A DNA stretch of 32,228 bases from Octopus bimaculoides (GCF_001194135.2 NC_068981.1:91823754-91855981); one strand, 5' to 3'. Counted from the first letter of the stretch, positions 21,130 through 32,010 are shown. The notes: generated from the sequence alone by a model not told the origin. Translations and numbers: made by a program.

Positions 21130-21443
21130 TTCACTTCGAACACCTATCATAAATTTGCTACCGCTTTGAAAACGTTCATCGTACACATTGGTGAGAGGAA
21201 TAATCTCGATAACTCTGGGTTTAGTAAGCTCGCTGAAGATGAACTAAGAGTTGCTCTCAAAGTTCGGAACCACGGTGATATGTCGGACATTTTCGAGTTT
21301 CGATTATTTCCGTCATTGGGTCAGGGTTGGGGGATTTTTATTCATTTGCTCGCTTTCATCTTTGTATTTAAGTGAAAATTTGTAGTTTGTTCATCCTGTC
21401 TGTGTCATATTTAGTATACCAGTACTACTTGTTAGTATCCTTA

Positions 21444-21450
21444 ATTATTA

Positions 21451-21498
<48 letters not shown>

Positions 21499-21510
21499 AT
21501 GAGTGTGTGT

Positions 21511-21541
<31 letters not shown>
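21444..21541. repeat. (TA)n(TG)n microsatellite
   Basis: Seen directly in the sequence. Confidence 0.95.
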
Positions 21542-21547
<6 letters not shown>

Positions 21548-21755
21548 CATAGCTACTGTTAGTTTCATGTGCTGAGTGCATGCAAAGCACTGTTTTTTAA
21601 CACGTCTGTTTGGTATGCTTTCAGCACATAAAACTAAGAGTAGCATATAAACACGTATTTATTAAATAATATTCATCTCACACCAGATGGAATACTTTTT
21701 TAGTTGATCTTACCATAACGGAACAGTAGACAATATATATAAATATGTATGCATG

Positions 21756-22221
21756 NNNNNNNNNNNNNNNNNNNNNNNNNNNNNNNNNNNNNNNNNNNNN
21801 NNNNNNNNNNNNNNNNNNNNNNNNNNNNNNNNNNNNNNNNNNNNNNNNNNNNNNNNNNNNNNNNNNNNNNNNNNNNNNNNNNNNNNNNNNNNNNNNNNNN
21901 NNNNNNNNNNNNNNNNNNNNNNNNNNNNNNNNNNNNNNNNNNNNNNNNNNNNNNNNNNNNNNNNNNNNNNNNNNNNNNNNNNNNNNNNNNNNNNNNNNNN
22001 NNNNNNNNNNNNNNNNNNNNNNNNNNNNNNNNNNNNNNNNNNNNNNNNNNNNNNNNNNNNNNNNNNNNNNNNNNNNNNNNNNNNNNNNNNNNNNNNNNNN
22101 NNNNNNNNNNNNNNNNNNNNNNNNNNNNNNNNNNNNNNNNNNNNNNNNNNNNNNNNNNNNNNNNNNNNNNNNNNNNNNNNNNNNNNNNNNNNNNNNNNNN
22201 NNNNNNNNNNNNNNNNNNNNN
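21756..22221. other. Assembly gap (N run)
   Basis: Run of N followed by (TA)n. Confidence 1.
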
Positions 22222-22283
<62 letters not shown>

Positions 22284-22380
22284 CATGTATGTATATATAT
22301 ATATCTGTGTGCGTGCGTGTGATTGTGTGTGTGTGTGTGAGTGTGAGTGTGTTTGTGTGTACCTGTGGCAGTGTGTGTAT
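22222..22380. repeat. (TA)n/(TG)n microsatellite
   Basis: Seen directly in the sequence. Confidence 0.95.
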
Positions 22381-22685
22381 ATCTGAATATGAGAGTGGGT
22401 TTCAGTTTTTGTGTACCTTATAAGTTTCTCGGCATAAATATGAAATTCTATTATTCACTCTGCTTTATTATATTAATAGCAAATGTATTTATCCTCTTCT
22501 CTTATTAATCACCTGAATATAACAATACTCTTTTTAAAGTGTTTGCGACAGGGTGTAGTAATTAACATAGGTTGAAAATTAGTGACCAATGAAGTTAATT
22601 ATCATGATTGCATTAGATCTGGTAACCATGAGTCCACCGTTCTGTGAAGATGACTTCAAAACCCCAGCATAATGAAAATGGATAA

Positions 22686-25301
22686 ACAAGCAACAAATTT
22701 TCGGTAAACATAAATTAAACGGTCTTTAGCTAATTTGATGGTACTGATTCCGAAAATGACCTTAGCTTTTCATGGTTAGCTACAGTTTTTAGTGTACTGA
22801 AATTGCTCATTTTCAGAAAAAAGATCAATTTACGATCTTGGTTGAACGCAAAATTTATTTTAAAAGGGTAGTAGAAATCCATGTATTTTCAGGTAGGCCG
22901 AACAGTTTATGTCAGCCACCTGAAATAAACTATTTTTATTACGAAAACAGTGTTTTTGAATCAAAACTTTTAAAATAGCAGTACAGAATTTTTCCAATTT
23001 ATTGCCAAAATTCAAATTAAGTGATAAACTTTATCAGTAATACACTTTAGTAAACCTGATAATTAAGCTAACATCAAAAAGATGAAACTCTAAAATTTTC
23101 TGTTTGATATCCATGAATTTATCCCATCACTTTTATCCCTTCAATACAGAAGGAAACCAAGTATATTAAGAGCTTTTGTTTTCACAGTTGGGAAAACCCT
23201 CTAACTAAAGACATCCCAACTAAATGCACCTATTCCATTATGTAAGATGAATATTATGAAAATGGTTTCACCATAACATCTTCCCGCCACGCGGGATTAC
23301 GAAGATACAAAGTAGAATCAGCGTAACGACTCCTTCTGTCTTTTGCTTTTGACAGTTTTACGAGTCTTTGCCTTGGACATTAGGAAAGATCAAATTACCC
23401 AAATGTGAACAAGCAATGTGTAATGTAAATGCTCAACCAACTCCTGTTCTTTTTTAATCATAGTGATAGATACAAAGGACATAGCTTCAACGAGAGGATG
23501 CAAAAATGATCCCAACTTATTTTGCTGTACATGCGGCGAATTCATACCGAGAGCCAACAGGAAACCGATATCTGACTTTTATAAGAACGCCTATCCCGCT
23601 TACATTCACGTCGAGCAAGGTGATGAGGACAAATCATGGGCTATCCCAGTCTTCATTCCGCTATTCGACCAGTGCCGCATTCAGATGATTTGTTAAACGT
23701 GACGAGTCTGATACTGATTTAAATGAAAGACACACCGAAAACGATCTTTACTATGTTCACAATTTGGTTTTAGACTTAAATCTAAGCAAAGAATCAGCAG
23801 AAATGTTGGCCTCTTGGCTCAACGAAAAACATCTGTTAGCAAAAGGCACAAAGGTAACATTCTATCGAAATAGGGATGCCGAATATGTACCACTTTAATG
23901 AGAACACGGATCTTGTTCGTTGCAATAACTTTGAGAGCGTTCTTCTTCGACTAGGTGTCCACAGATACTATCCTGATGAATGGAGATTGTTCATTGATAG
24001 TCCAAAACGTAGTTTGAAATATGTTTTGCTCCATAATACCAACAAGTATGCGTCAATATCTATAGGTCATTCAACAACACTTAAAGAAAAATATGATGCC
24101 ATCAAACAGGTTATGGAACAGATCGACTACACCAAATATAGTGGTGTTATTAGTCGATTTGAAAATGGTAAATTTCCTGCCTGGTCAATAAAGTAGCTAC
24201 ATGAAATTCCCATGTATTTTGTGTATGTGGGACAGTAGAGCAAAAGAGGAGCACTGGAAAAGGGGAAGATTGACCACCTCAATAATTGAAGGTCAGTGCA
24301 ACGCTCGTTCCGAAAGAAAAAAAATCATCTTCCCTCCCTTGCATATCAAATTGGGATTAGTGAAACAGTATGTAAAATCACTCGACGAAGAAAGTAAATG
24401 TTTTGAGTATATATGTAAATCGATTCCAGGACTTAGCACCGAAAAACTTAAAGCAGGAATGTTTGATGGTCCTGATATCAGGAAACTCATTAAGGATGAT
24501 GAATTTGTTAATTCAATGAATGACTTGGAATTACGCACTTGGACATCGTTTATTGACATGGGGAAAATTCTCTTAGGCAATGGCCGAAAACCACAAGGAG
24601 TTAGTGGAATAGCTGTTGAAAAGTCTACAGGGTATAGGCGCTAATATGAGTATTAAGGTTCATTTTTTTAGCCATCTAGATAAATTTCCGGATAATTGCG
24701 GCGATGATAGTGATGACCAAAGAGAACGATTCCATCAGGATATCAAAGCAGTGGAATGCGCTACCAGGGTGGATGAGACAAACGAATGATGACTGACTTC
24801 TGCTGGAGTATCAAAAGGGATATAAATAACATTGAACATAACAGACAATCAAGAAAGAGAAAATTGTTACCATAGTTCTTATGTTCACGAAGGTTTTATT
24901 TCTGCTGTTAGTTTATTTAATGATTTGATGAAAATACTTGTTGGTATTGGTATATTCAATCGTATTATTTTTAAAGACTTAGGGTCTAATCGTTATTGCA
25001 AAAATAGTATTTCTCAATAAGCAGACCAATATCTGTTGGTTTAAGTACGAATTGAGAGGTTTCTACGATTTTACTTTGAGAAATATTGCCAACGATCAAT
25101 ATCAAATATACAGAAAACAAATGAAAAAAGTGCATTTTTGCCAAAAATAAGGCATTTCTGTACAGCAAAAACGGAAGCTAACCAAGAAAAAATAAGGTAA
25201 TTTTCAGATTCGGTGTCGAGACAAATTAGGTAAGAAATCTTTTCTTACCTAATTTGTCTCGACACCATTTCAATTTTTGTTGTTGTTGTTGTTGACCAGT
25301 G
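22686..25301 (+). mobile_element. Chapaev3-like (CMC superfamily) DNA transposon, defective
   Basis: The right end reads ...GTTGACCAGTG followed by TTA, consistent with CAC/GTG termini and a TWA-type target. An imperfect ~78-bp subterminal inverted repeat pairs 22730-22806 with 25152-25229. The left terminus is degenerate, so its coordinate is approximate. A transposase remnant lies inside. Confidence 0.8.
23481..24875 (+). pseudogene. Chapaev3-type transposase pseudogene
   Basis: (M)ASTRGCKNDPNLFCCTCGEFI...GDEDKSWA, YPSLHSAIRPVPHSDDL, LNLSKESAEMLASWL, EWRLFIDSPKRSLKYVLLHN, KFPCILCMWDSRA, FPPLHIKLGLVKQYVKSL, AGMFDGPDIR, NMSIKVHF, ERFHQDI and MMTDFCWSIKRD...RKLLP* occur in the order I recall for Chapaev3 transposases. 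Multiple frameshifts; ATG mutated to ATA. Confidence 0.88.
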
Positions 25302-25515
25302 TTAGTATTGAGCAGATATGATTTGAAAGTAGGCGTAAGATATAAATACGAGATGAAGCAATCCCTTATACTTTAGACACAGCTTGAAATTTATAAACAA
25401 ATATTCAAGAAGTGTTTCATATCACGTTGGTATTTCGTCAATCTCGTATCATAAAAAGTTTGCATTCTCCATGCAATAGATAGAAACACGAAAGACTAAT
25501 GTTGAGAGAACAAAT

Positions 25516-25516
<1 letters not shown>

Positions 25517-25598
<82 letters not shown>

Positions 25599-25605
25599 AG
25601 AGAGA
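25517..25605. repeat. (GA)n microsatellite
   Basis: Seen directly in the sequence. Confidence 0.95.
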
Positions 25606-25939
25606 GGATACTATAACTAGAGCGTAAAACGGGGGTGGGGACTGCAAATATGCAAATGATTAAAAAAAAAACAAGCAATAGATCAACTGTAGAAAAACTA
25701 ATATATGAATTACTCTTCACTCACTTGAAATCTCAAACTGAGATTAAGCGGTTATGCGAGAAAGGAAATGGACGACAGAGATGTGAATGGTTATCGGTCA
25801 AGTGGTAGTGGGAGGAGAGAGAAAGAATGGAGGAAGGCAGAGGGAGAGAGGCAAGAGAGAGGAATGTGTTAGAGACAAAAAAGAGAAAGAGAGAGCGTGG
25901 AAGACAAAAGAGTGATAAGGAGAGTAGACAGAAATAATG

Positions 25940-26117
25940 GGTTTGTACCGCCCAACTTCGCCTCTCAGCCGATGTTAGTGTGTTTACGTCTCGTAACCTA
26001 GTGGTCCGGCAAAAGAGACCGGTAGAATAAGTACTAGGGTTGATTTGTTCGACTAAAGGCGGTGCTCCAGCATGACCGCAGCCAAATGACTGAAACAAAT
26101 AAGAGAATAAAAGAATA
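25940..26117 (+). mobile_element. 3' half of SINE family A
   Basis: GTGTTTACGTCTCGTAACCTAGTGGTCCGGCAAAAGAGACCGGTAGAATAAGTACTAG...CGACTAAAGGCGGTGCTCCAGCATGACCGCAGCCAAATGACTGAAAC matches ~27160-27305. Confidence 0.88.
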
Positions 26118-26721
26118 TAGATATGTGCATACATATATACGGAGATATATATATATGTATATGTGTGAGTGTAAATGAGTATGCGTGTCTATGTTTGTGC
26201 AAGCCTGTGCGTGCTGTGTGTGTATGTGTGTTGATATCTGTGCGTGTAATACCAATATCTAAAGTTTTCCCGCAGAGATATAAAAATATATTAGCTCCTG
26301 TTAATTATATTTATCATATTTTTTTCTTTATTAGTGAATTAATTAATCTTTTGATCTTAAGTAGGCACTAAATATTATGAACCAACTCACTTTTACTTCA
26401 ATAACGTGACAATTAGTGACTAGTGATGTCTCATCTCATTAATGATCTAAAGTAGCAATGAAGGAAACCAATATAAATCAGGGATAAACAGATGTAGATT
26501 GAAATTAAGCGTGGCTATAGGAAACGTTATGAAACCTACTAAATTCAGAATCATTCATACATCACTATGTGATTGAATCCATCACACGTTGCAGTTAAAA
26601 GACATTCTGCATTCAGACTGCAACAAAACCGGCAAAACAACGACGGAGGTGATACCCCTAAGACTGATTTTGAAGTAGAGTCACAAAGAAACAAATGATA
26701 AAATAGATGCATCATGATTAT

Positions 26722-26886
26722 GAAGCACATGACTGGTCGTGTGGTAAGTAGCTTGCTTGCCAACCACATGGTTCCAGATTCATTCCCACTGTGTGGCACC
26801 TTGGGCAAGTGTCTTCTACTATAGCCTCGGGCCGACCAAAGCCTTGTGAGTGGATATGGTAGACGGAAACTGAAAGAGGCCTGTCG

Positions 26887-26919
<33 letters not shown>

Positions 26920-27022
26920 ATNNNNNNNNNNNNNNNNNNNNNNNNNNNNNNNNNNNNNNNNNNNNNNNNNNNNNNNNNNNNNNNNNNNNNNNNNNNNNNN
27001 NNNNNNNNNNNNNNNNNNNNNN

Positions 27023-27069
<47 letters not shown>

Positions 27070-27070
27070 G

Positions 27071-27106
<36 letters not shown>

Positions 27107-27311
27107 GTGTATGTTTGTGTGTCTGTGTTTGTCCCCCAACATCGCTTGCCAAGCGATGGTGGTGTGTTTGCGTCCCCGTACCTTAGCGGTTCGGCAAAAG
27201 ACACCGATAGAATAAGTACTAGGCTTACAAAGATTAAGTCCTGGCGTCGATATGCTTGACTAAAGGTGGTGTTCCAGCATGGCCGCAGTCAAATGACTGA
27301 AACAAATAAAA
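26722..27311 (+). mobile_element. Near full-length tRNA-derived CORE-type SINE, family A, with internal microsatellite (contains a gap)
   Basis: A-box-like GTGTGGTAAG, B-box-like GGTTCCAGATTCATTCC, CORE-like GGCACCTTGGGCAAGTGTCTTCTACTATAGCCTCGGGCCG, internal (TA)n/(TG)n/(ATGT)n, and the conserved 3' part. Confidence 0.92.
26922..27022. other. Assembly gap (N run) inside the SINE's (TA)n tract
   Basis: Run of N. Confidence 1.
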
Positions 27312-27322
27312 TAGTCTGGTCT

Positions 27323-27432
27323 CACCATCATCATCATTATCATCTTCATAGTTAAAATACGAAAGTTGACAAAACACTCACGCTTATAAATGACAGTTTT
27401 CCCCTTGTTTTGTGGGACAAACAGAATCTCTC
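27323..27432 (+). repeat. ~115-bp direct duplication, copy 1 (copy 2 at 28842-28960)
   Basis: CACCATCATCATC...CATAGTTAA...GAAAGTTGACAAAACAC...GCTTATAAATGACA...TGTTTTGTGGGACAAA...CAGAATCTCTCT is present at both sites, each followed by (TA)n. Confidence 0.9.
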
Positions 27433-27470
<38 letters not shown>

Positions 27471-27530
27471 TCTTTTACGCTTTTACTTGTGTGAGTGTGT
27501 ATGTTGTGTGTATATATATATATATATATA

Positions 27531-27932
27531 TACTAGCAGTAAGACCCGTCGTTGATCGGGTAATTACTTTTACTGTTTATCGGAAGCTACGTTGAACCTG
27601 TATGTGTGCAGTTTTAGAAGAGAAAACTATGTAATAATTGAAGTAGATCATACATAAACTTGTGTTTGTTTATGATATGACAATAATAAGTGAGTTGTAT
27701 GTACTATTTTAGTTATCTAGCATTTCTTTGATTGTCTTTGTCGCTGATCTGCAAACCGTGCGCGTGTCTCACCATCGTTTTCTGATGCACGTCGTGCGCT
27801 TGTTTGGTGTTCCTTTTGTACCAGTCATTTTTATGAGACATTTCTTGATAATAAATATAAGTAATAGTGAAATGAAATTCGGACGCAATCTTACAGTAAT
27901 GCAAGGAAAATAGGTATATTATATAGAAGACT
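27531..27932 (+). mobile_element. Possible non-autonomous Helitron/Helentron-like element
   Basis: Starts ACTAGCAGTAAG right after a (TA)n run, with an immediate hairpin ACCCG-TCGTTGAT-CGGGT. A possible TATATAGAAGA-type end lies near 27930. No coding sequence; the classification is pattern-based only. Confidence 0.35.
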
Positions 27933-28254
27933 AGCTTAAGGGAATGAGAAATGGAATATCAGTAAGTGTTAGTGAAATGAAAGTACAAATGATGTGTGAA
28001 TATCAGTAAGTAATAGTGAAATGAATTTATAAATGCTGAATGGTGTCAGTGTGTTTGCTGAAATTCCGAGGCTATATTACAGGATTGCAGGGAAAGGCGT
28101 TGTGTAGTTGTCTTTTTGTTGGTGTGTCGATGATTTTCGTTTTGCTGTGAATTTGTATCTCTGTGCGTATGGCTTTACTGACAGATGGTCTCTGCTTATG
28201 TATATTTATATCTGAACGAAGTTAGAAAAATAAGTATATCTGAAACATGAACAT

Positions 28255-28295
28255 AAATGTGTGTGCGTGTGTGTGTGTTTGTGTGTGTATGTGTG

Positions 28296-28348
<53 letters not shown>

Positions 28349-28360
28349 GTGCGTGTGTGT
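28255..28360. repeat. (TG)n microsatellite
   Basis: Seen directly in the sequence. Confidence 0.95.
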
Positions 28361-28841
28361 TTTTATAGAGAGTGAGAGACAGACAGGTAACAGAATAGCA
28401 GCGCCATTTCTTTAGGGTTCTGCTCAACTGGTCGAAGTGGACAAAACACCCACTCTTATAATTTTTTTTTATTTTTTCTTTCTTTTCATCTTTTACATCA
28501 TTCAGTTATTAAATTTCGGCCATGCCTTGAAGAATTTTTAGTTAGACGTATTGACCACAGAATGGTTTTTTTTTTACTTGTGGCAGTCATTAGAGAGAGG
28601 AAAGGGGAGAGAGAAAGAGAGAGAGGGGGGGAGAGACTGACTGAGTTTAATTATGCAGAACAGACCATCCTTGAATAAACAATTGATTAAATATATATGG
28701 TGTTGTGGTTGTCATTGTCTTGAACGCTGACTATTCTCGCCACAGGACAATTTCTGGCCAAATAGAAAGACAAAAAGATAAATAGAGAGAGTGAGAGAGA
28801 GATTGAAAGGTGTCGATTCTTTGAAAATGTTGACACTTTAG

Positions 28842-28960
28842 CACCATCATCATCCTTATCATCTCCATAGTTAAGGTATGAAAGTTGACAAAACACGCTT
28901 ATAAATGACATGGTCTTTCCCTCATGTTTTGTGGGACAAATAGACAAACAGAATCTCTCT
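28842..28960 (+). repeat. ~115-bp direct duplication, copy 2
   Basis: See copy 1. Confidence 0.9.
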
Positions 28961-28977
28961 TATATATATATATAGGT

Positions 28978-29174
28978 GAGAAAGTTGGTATGTGAAAGCA
29001 CGTGGTTGGATGTATAAAAGATAAACAAGAGTGAAAAAACTACAGAAGGCTTGTATTACATGGTTAAAGTATATATTTAAATTATGTTAGAAAAATATTA
29101 TAAAATTTATATATATACTTTAACCATGTAATACAAGCCTTCTGTAGTTTTTTCACTCTTGTTTATCTTTTATA
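28978..29174 (+). repeat. Dispersed repeat copy 2, ending in a perfect 64-bp fold-back
   Basis: 28978-29105 is homologous to 4249-4375 (inverted). 29013-29076 is the exact reverse complement of 29111-29174. Confidence 0.9.
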
Positions 29175-29188
29175 TATATATATACATA

Positions 29189-29273
29189 NNNNNNNNNNNN
29201 NNNNNNNNNNNNNNNNNNNNNNNNNNNNNNNNNNNNNNNNNNNNNNNNNNNNNNNNNNNNNNNNNNNNNNNNN
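29189..29273. other. Assembly gap (N run)
   Basis: Run of N flanked by (TA)n. Confidence 1.
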
Positions 29274-29379
29274 ATATATATATATATACTCACACACACA
29301 CACACTAACACATAAACGTGTGTGTATGTGTTAGTAGTATATATTTAAGTATATATGCCTGCATACATTATACTCTATT

Positions 29380-30005
29380 CTCGGTAGAGTCTTTGGGAGC
29401 TGTAGTCTTGTTATGCAAACAAAAATGATGGTATTCAATGTCATACTTTTGTCTACCCTGATGTATGGGTGTAAGACATGTATCCTGTGCCACCATAACC
29501 TGAAAAGTTTGGACAATTGCATTAAAAGATACTCCACGTAATCTTGAACGTCGAATGGTCAAACTAAGTTACCAAAGTTGAGGTATTAAAGAGAGCGGAA
29601 AAAATTAGCAAGGAGGCCACAGCTATCAAGCAGATGGGCAGGCCACCTTGCTCGCATGGAGGAGAAATAGGCCCCGAATGATATAACTACTTGGGGAACT
29701 GAACAGTGAGAGATGCCCCTGTGGACGCCTTTCGTAAGGCTACAAAGACCAATTCAAAGAAATTCTTGGAAGTAGACCAAAATTAGTTGGAAATGATAGC
29801 CAACCAACGCACTCCTTGGCGTAATATGACCGCAGTAAGAACATTCCGTTTTGAAGAAAACAGAAGAACAGATATCAGAATAAAACGACAACAGAGAAAA
29901 GACAGAGGGACCGCAACCCAACCAGTACTTATAATGCAATGCGATTCTTGCAATAGACTGTTTAGGGAAAGGATTGATTTTACTAGCCACCAGAAGCTCA
30001 TCCTT
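29380..30005 (+). mobile_element. RTE-clade LINE 3' fragment (post-RT region and C-terminal C2H2-like finger)
   Basis: LGRVF...TKMMVFNVILLSTLMYGCKTC, ILNVEWSN*VTKVEVLKRA, RWAGHLARMEE, LLGELNS...YKDQFK, WRNMT...FEENRR...KRQQRK and CDSCNRLFRERIDFTSHQK follow the typical RTE/BovB-type C-terminus, with frameshifts. Confidence 0.88.
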
Positions 30006-30029
30006 CCCTACTGCACAAATAAACACCCT

Positions 30030-30795
30030 TTCCCCATTTCCTGGCCGGTCAAGTTGTTTTTTCGTTGTTTCTCGACTTCAATGATTCTGATTTTATCTTC
30101 CAAATCGAGAAGGACGACCACGACAATCAAGCAAGCGTTCATTTCTTGTGGTATCGCCAGTATTTTTATCTTGGCGATATGGCGTCCCAGTATGTTGGAA
30201 CTAGAACAAGTTCGCTGTTTCTCAGCTGGACTGTTGAGCGCTGTTTTGCTACGTCTTCTGTAGCAAATTTAACTTTCATTATGCCATATTTCTTACCCCT
30301 CGCTAGATAGGTTACGTCTTTCCAAATGAGTTGCAAGCATTTTTCAACTGCTTGCTTTATGACAGTTTGTAAACGTTTATCTTTTCATGATATAGTTTTG
30401 CACGCTATGGTACGTTTGTTTGTTTTCTCTATAATATCTGATAGCGTGTTTATCAAAACGCATCATTCACTTTTACTTTTTAAAATGTTTCTATAGTCTT
30501 TGCGAGATTCTAGAGAGACATTTATAAATTTATTGCTTGGTTTTGCTATTGAAGCAAAACATCGGCTGTTTAATGCATTGGGTTGTTTTTGATGTTGGGT
30601 GTTCAATGCATTAGTGTTGGTTGTGGTAGTGGGAGGGCTTGGATCCACCAGTGTTGCAACGCTAGCAGCTCCCATTATCTGAATTTCTTTGCTCTTTTCC
30701 TCTTCTTTCTCGCGTTTCTTTTCTTCTTTTTCCTTCAGTGGCTCAGCGTTGCACGCGCTAGCAAGGCTTTTGTCGTCCCACTCTCTGCCTTTTAA
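30030..30795 (-). mobile_element. Probable ORF1 (gag-like) fragment of an L1/Tx1-clade LINE
   Basis: The minus strand reads EPLKEKEEKKREKEEEKSKE...CFASIAKPS...LIWKDVTYLARGKKYGIMKVKFATEDVAKQRSTVQLRNSELVLVPTY / GRHIAKIKILAIPQEM...LEDKIRIIEVEK, with two stops and one frameshift. This resembles the RRM-like region of Tx1/L1-type ORF1 as I recall it. The zinc knuckle is not reached. Confidence 0.6.
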
Positions 30796-30919
30796 GGCCC
30801 GAAAAGTGGGCGGTGAAAATTAATTTTTAAAATATGTGGAGAGGGGGCGGGTCGAAAAGAAAGGAAGAGCTGACACTCTTCTCCAAGGACATTCTTACCA
30901 ATTTGAAAATCATAGAATT

Positions 30920-31493
30920 NNNNNNNNNNNNNNNNNNNNNNNNNNNNNNNNNNNNNNNNNNNNNNNNNNNNNNNNNNNNNNNNNNNNNNNNNNNNNNNNN
31001 NNNNNNNNNNNNNNNNNNNNNNNNNNNNNNNNNNNNNNNNNNNNNNNNNNNNNNNNNNNNNNNNNNNNNNNNNNNNNNNNNNNNNNNNNNNNNNNNNNNN
31101 NNNNNNNNNNNNNNNNNNNNNNNNNNNNNNNNNNNNNNNNNNNNNNNNNNNNNNNNNNNNNNNNNNNNNNNNNNNNNNNNNNNNNNNNNNNNNNNNNNNN
31201 NNNNNNNNNNNNNNNNNNNNNNNNNNNNNNNNNNNNNNNNNNNNNNNNNNNNNNNNNNNNNNNNNNNNNNNNNNNNNNNNNNNNNNNNNNNNNNNNNNNN
31301 NNNNNNNNNNNNNNNNNNNNNNNNNNNNNNNNNNNNNNNNNNNNNNNNNNNNNNNNNNNNNNNNNNNNNNNNNNNNNNNNNNNNNNNNNNNNNNNNNNNN
31401 NNNNNNNNNNNNNNNNNNNNNNNNNNNNNNNNNNNNNNNNNNNNNNNNNNNNNNNNNNNNNNNNNNNNNNNNNNNNNNNNNNNNNNNNNNNNN
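30920..31493. other. Assembly gap (N run)
   Basis: Run of N followed by (TG)n. Confidence 1.
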
Positions 31494-31559
<66 letters not shown>

Positions 31560-31890
31560 CGTGCATGCAGCCATGAGTGTATGTATGCACACCTGTATCT
31601 ATATATATAAAGATTCGTACTCTAAGCCTTTAAGCTAACTCAGTGTCTCTGCCACCACAAAATTTACAACAATAATGCTACTACAATCAGTACTGTCTTG
31701 TAAGCATGAAAATATTAAACTATTTATTTTAAATTAGCTTTAAAATAAGTTTCAATTTACGACAAACACAAATATATACACGCACACGTTGATATATGCA
31801 TGTTTGTGTTTATACATAATTATATATATCCACACAAATATATGCATCTTTATATACATTATGCATAATTTGTACACGTGTCTGTGTATG

Positions 31891-31970
31891 CATGTATGTA
31901 TGTATGTATGTATGTATGTATGTATGTATGTTTCTATCTGTCTGTTTATCTATCTATCTATCTATCTATA

Positions 31971-32009
<39 letters not shown>
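31891..32009. repeat. (ATGT)n followed by (ATCT/TATC)n microsatellite
   Basis: Seen directly in the sequence. Confidence 0.95.
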
Positions 32010-32010
32010 A

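Noticed and set aside
29787-30310. ORFs 29787-30263 and 30065-30310 as host genes
   Set aside because: The first is the RTE C-terminus reading into antisense ORF1 sequence; the second is antisense to the ORF1-like fragment.
3722-31610. Long ORFs containing X runs or (HT)n, (CV)n, (YI)n, (ER)n, (LS)n peptides
   Set aside because: These are translations of assembly gaps and microsatellites, not genes.
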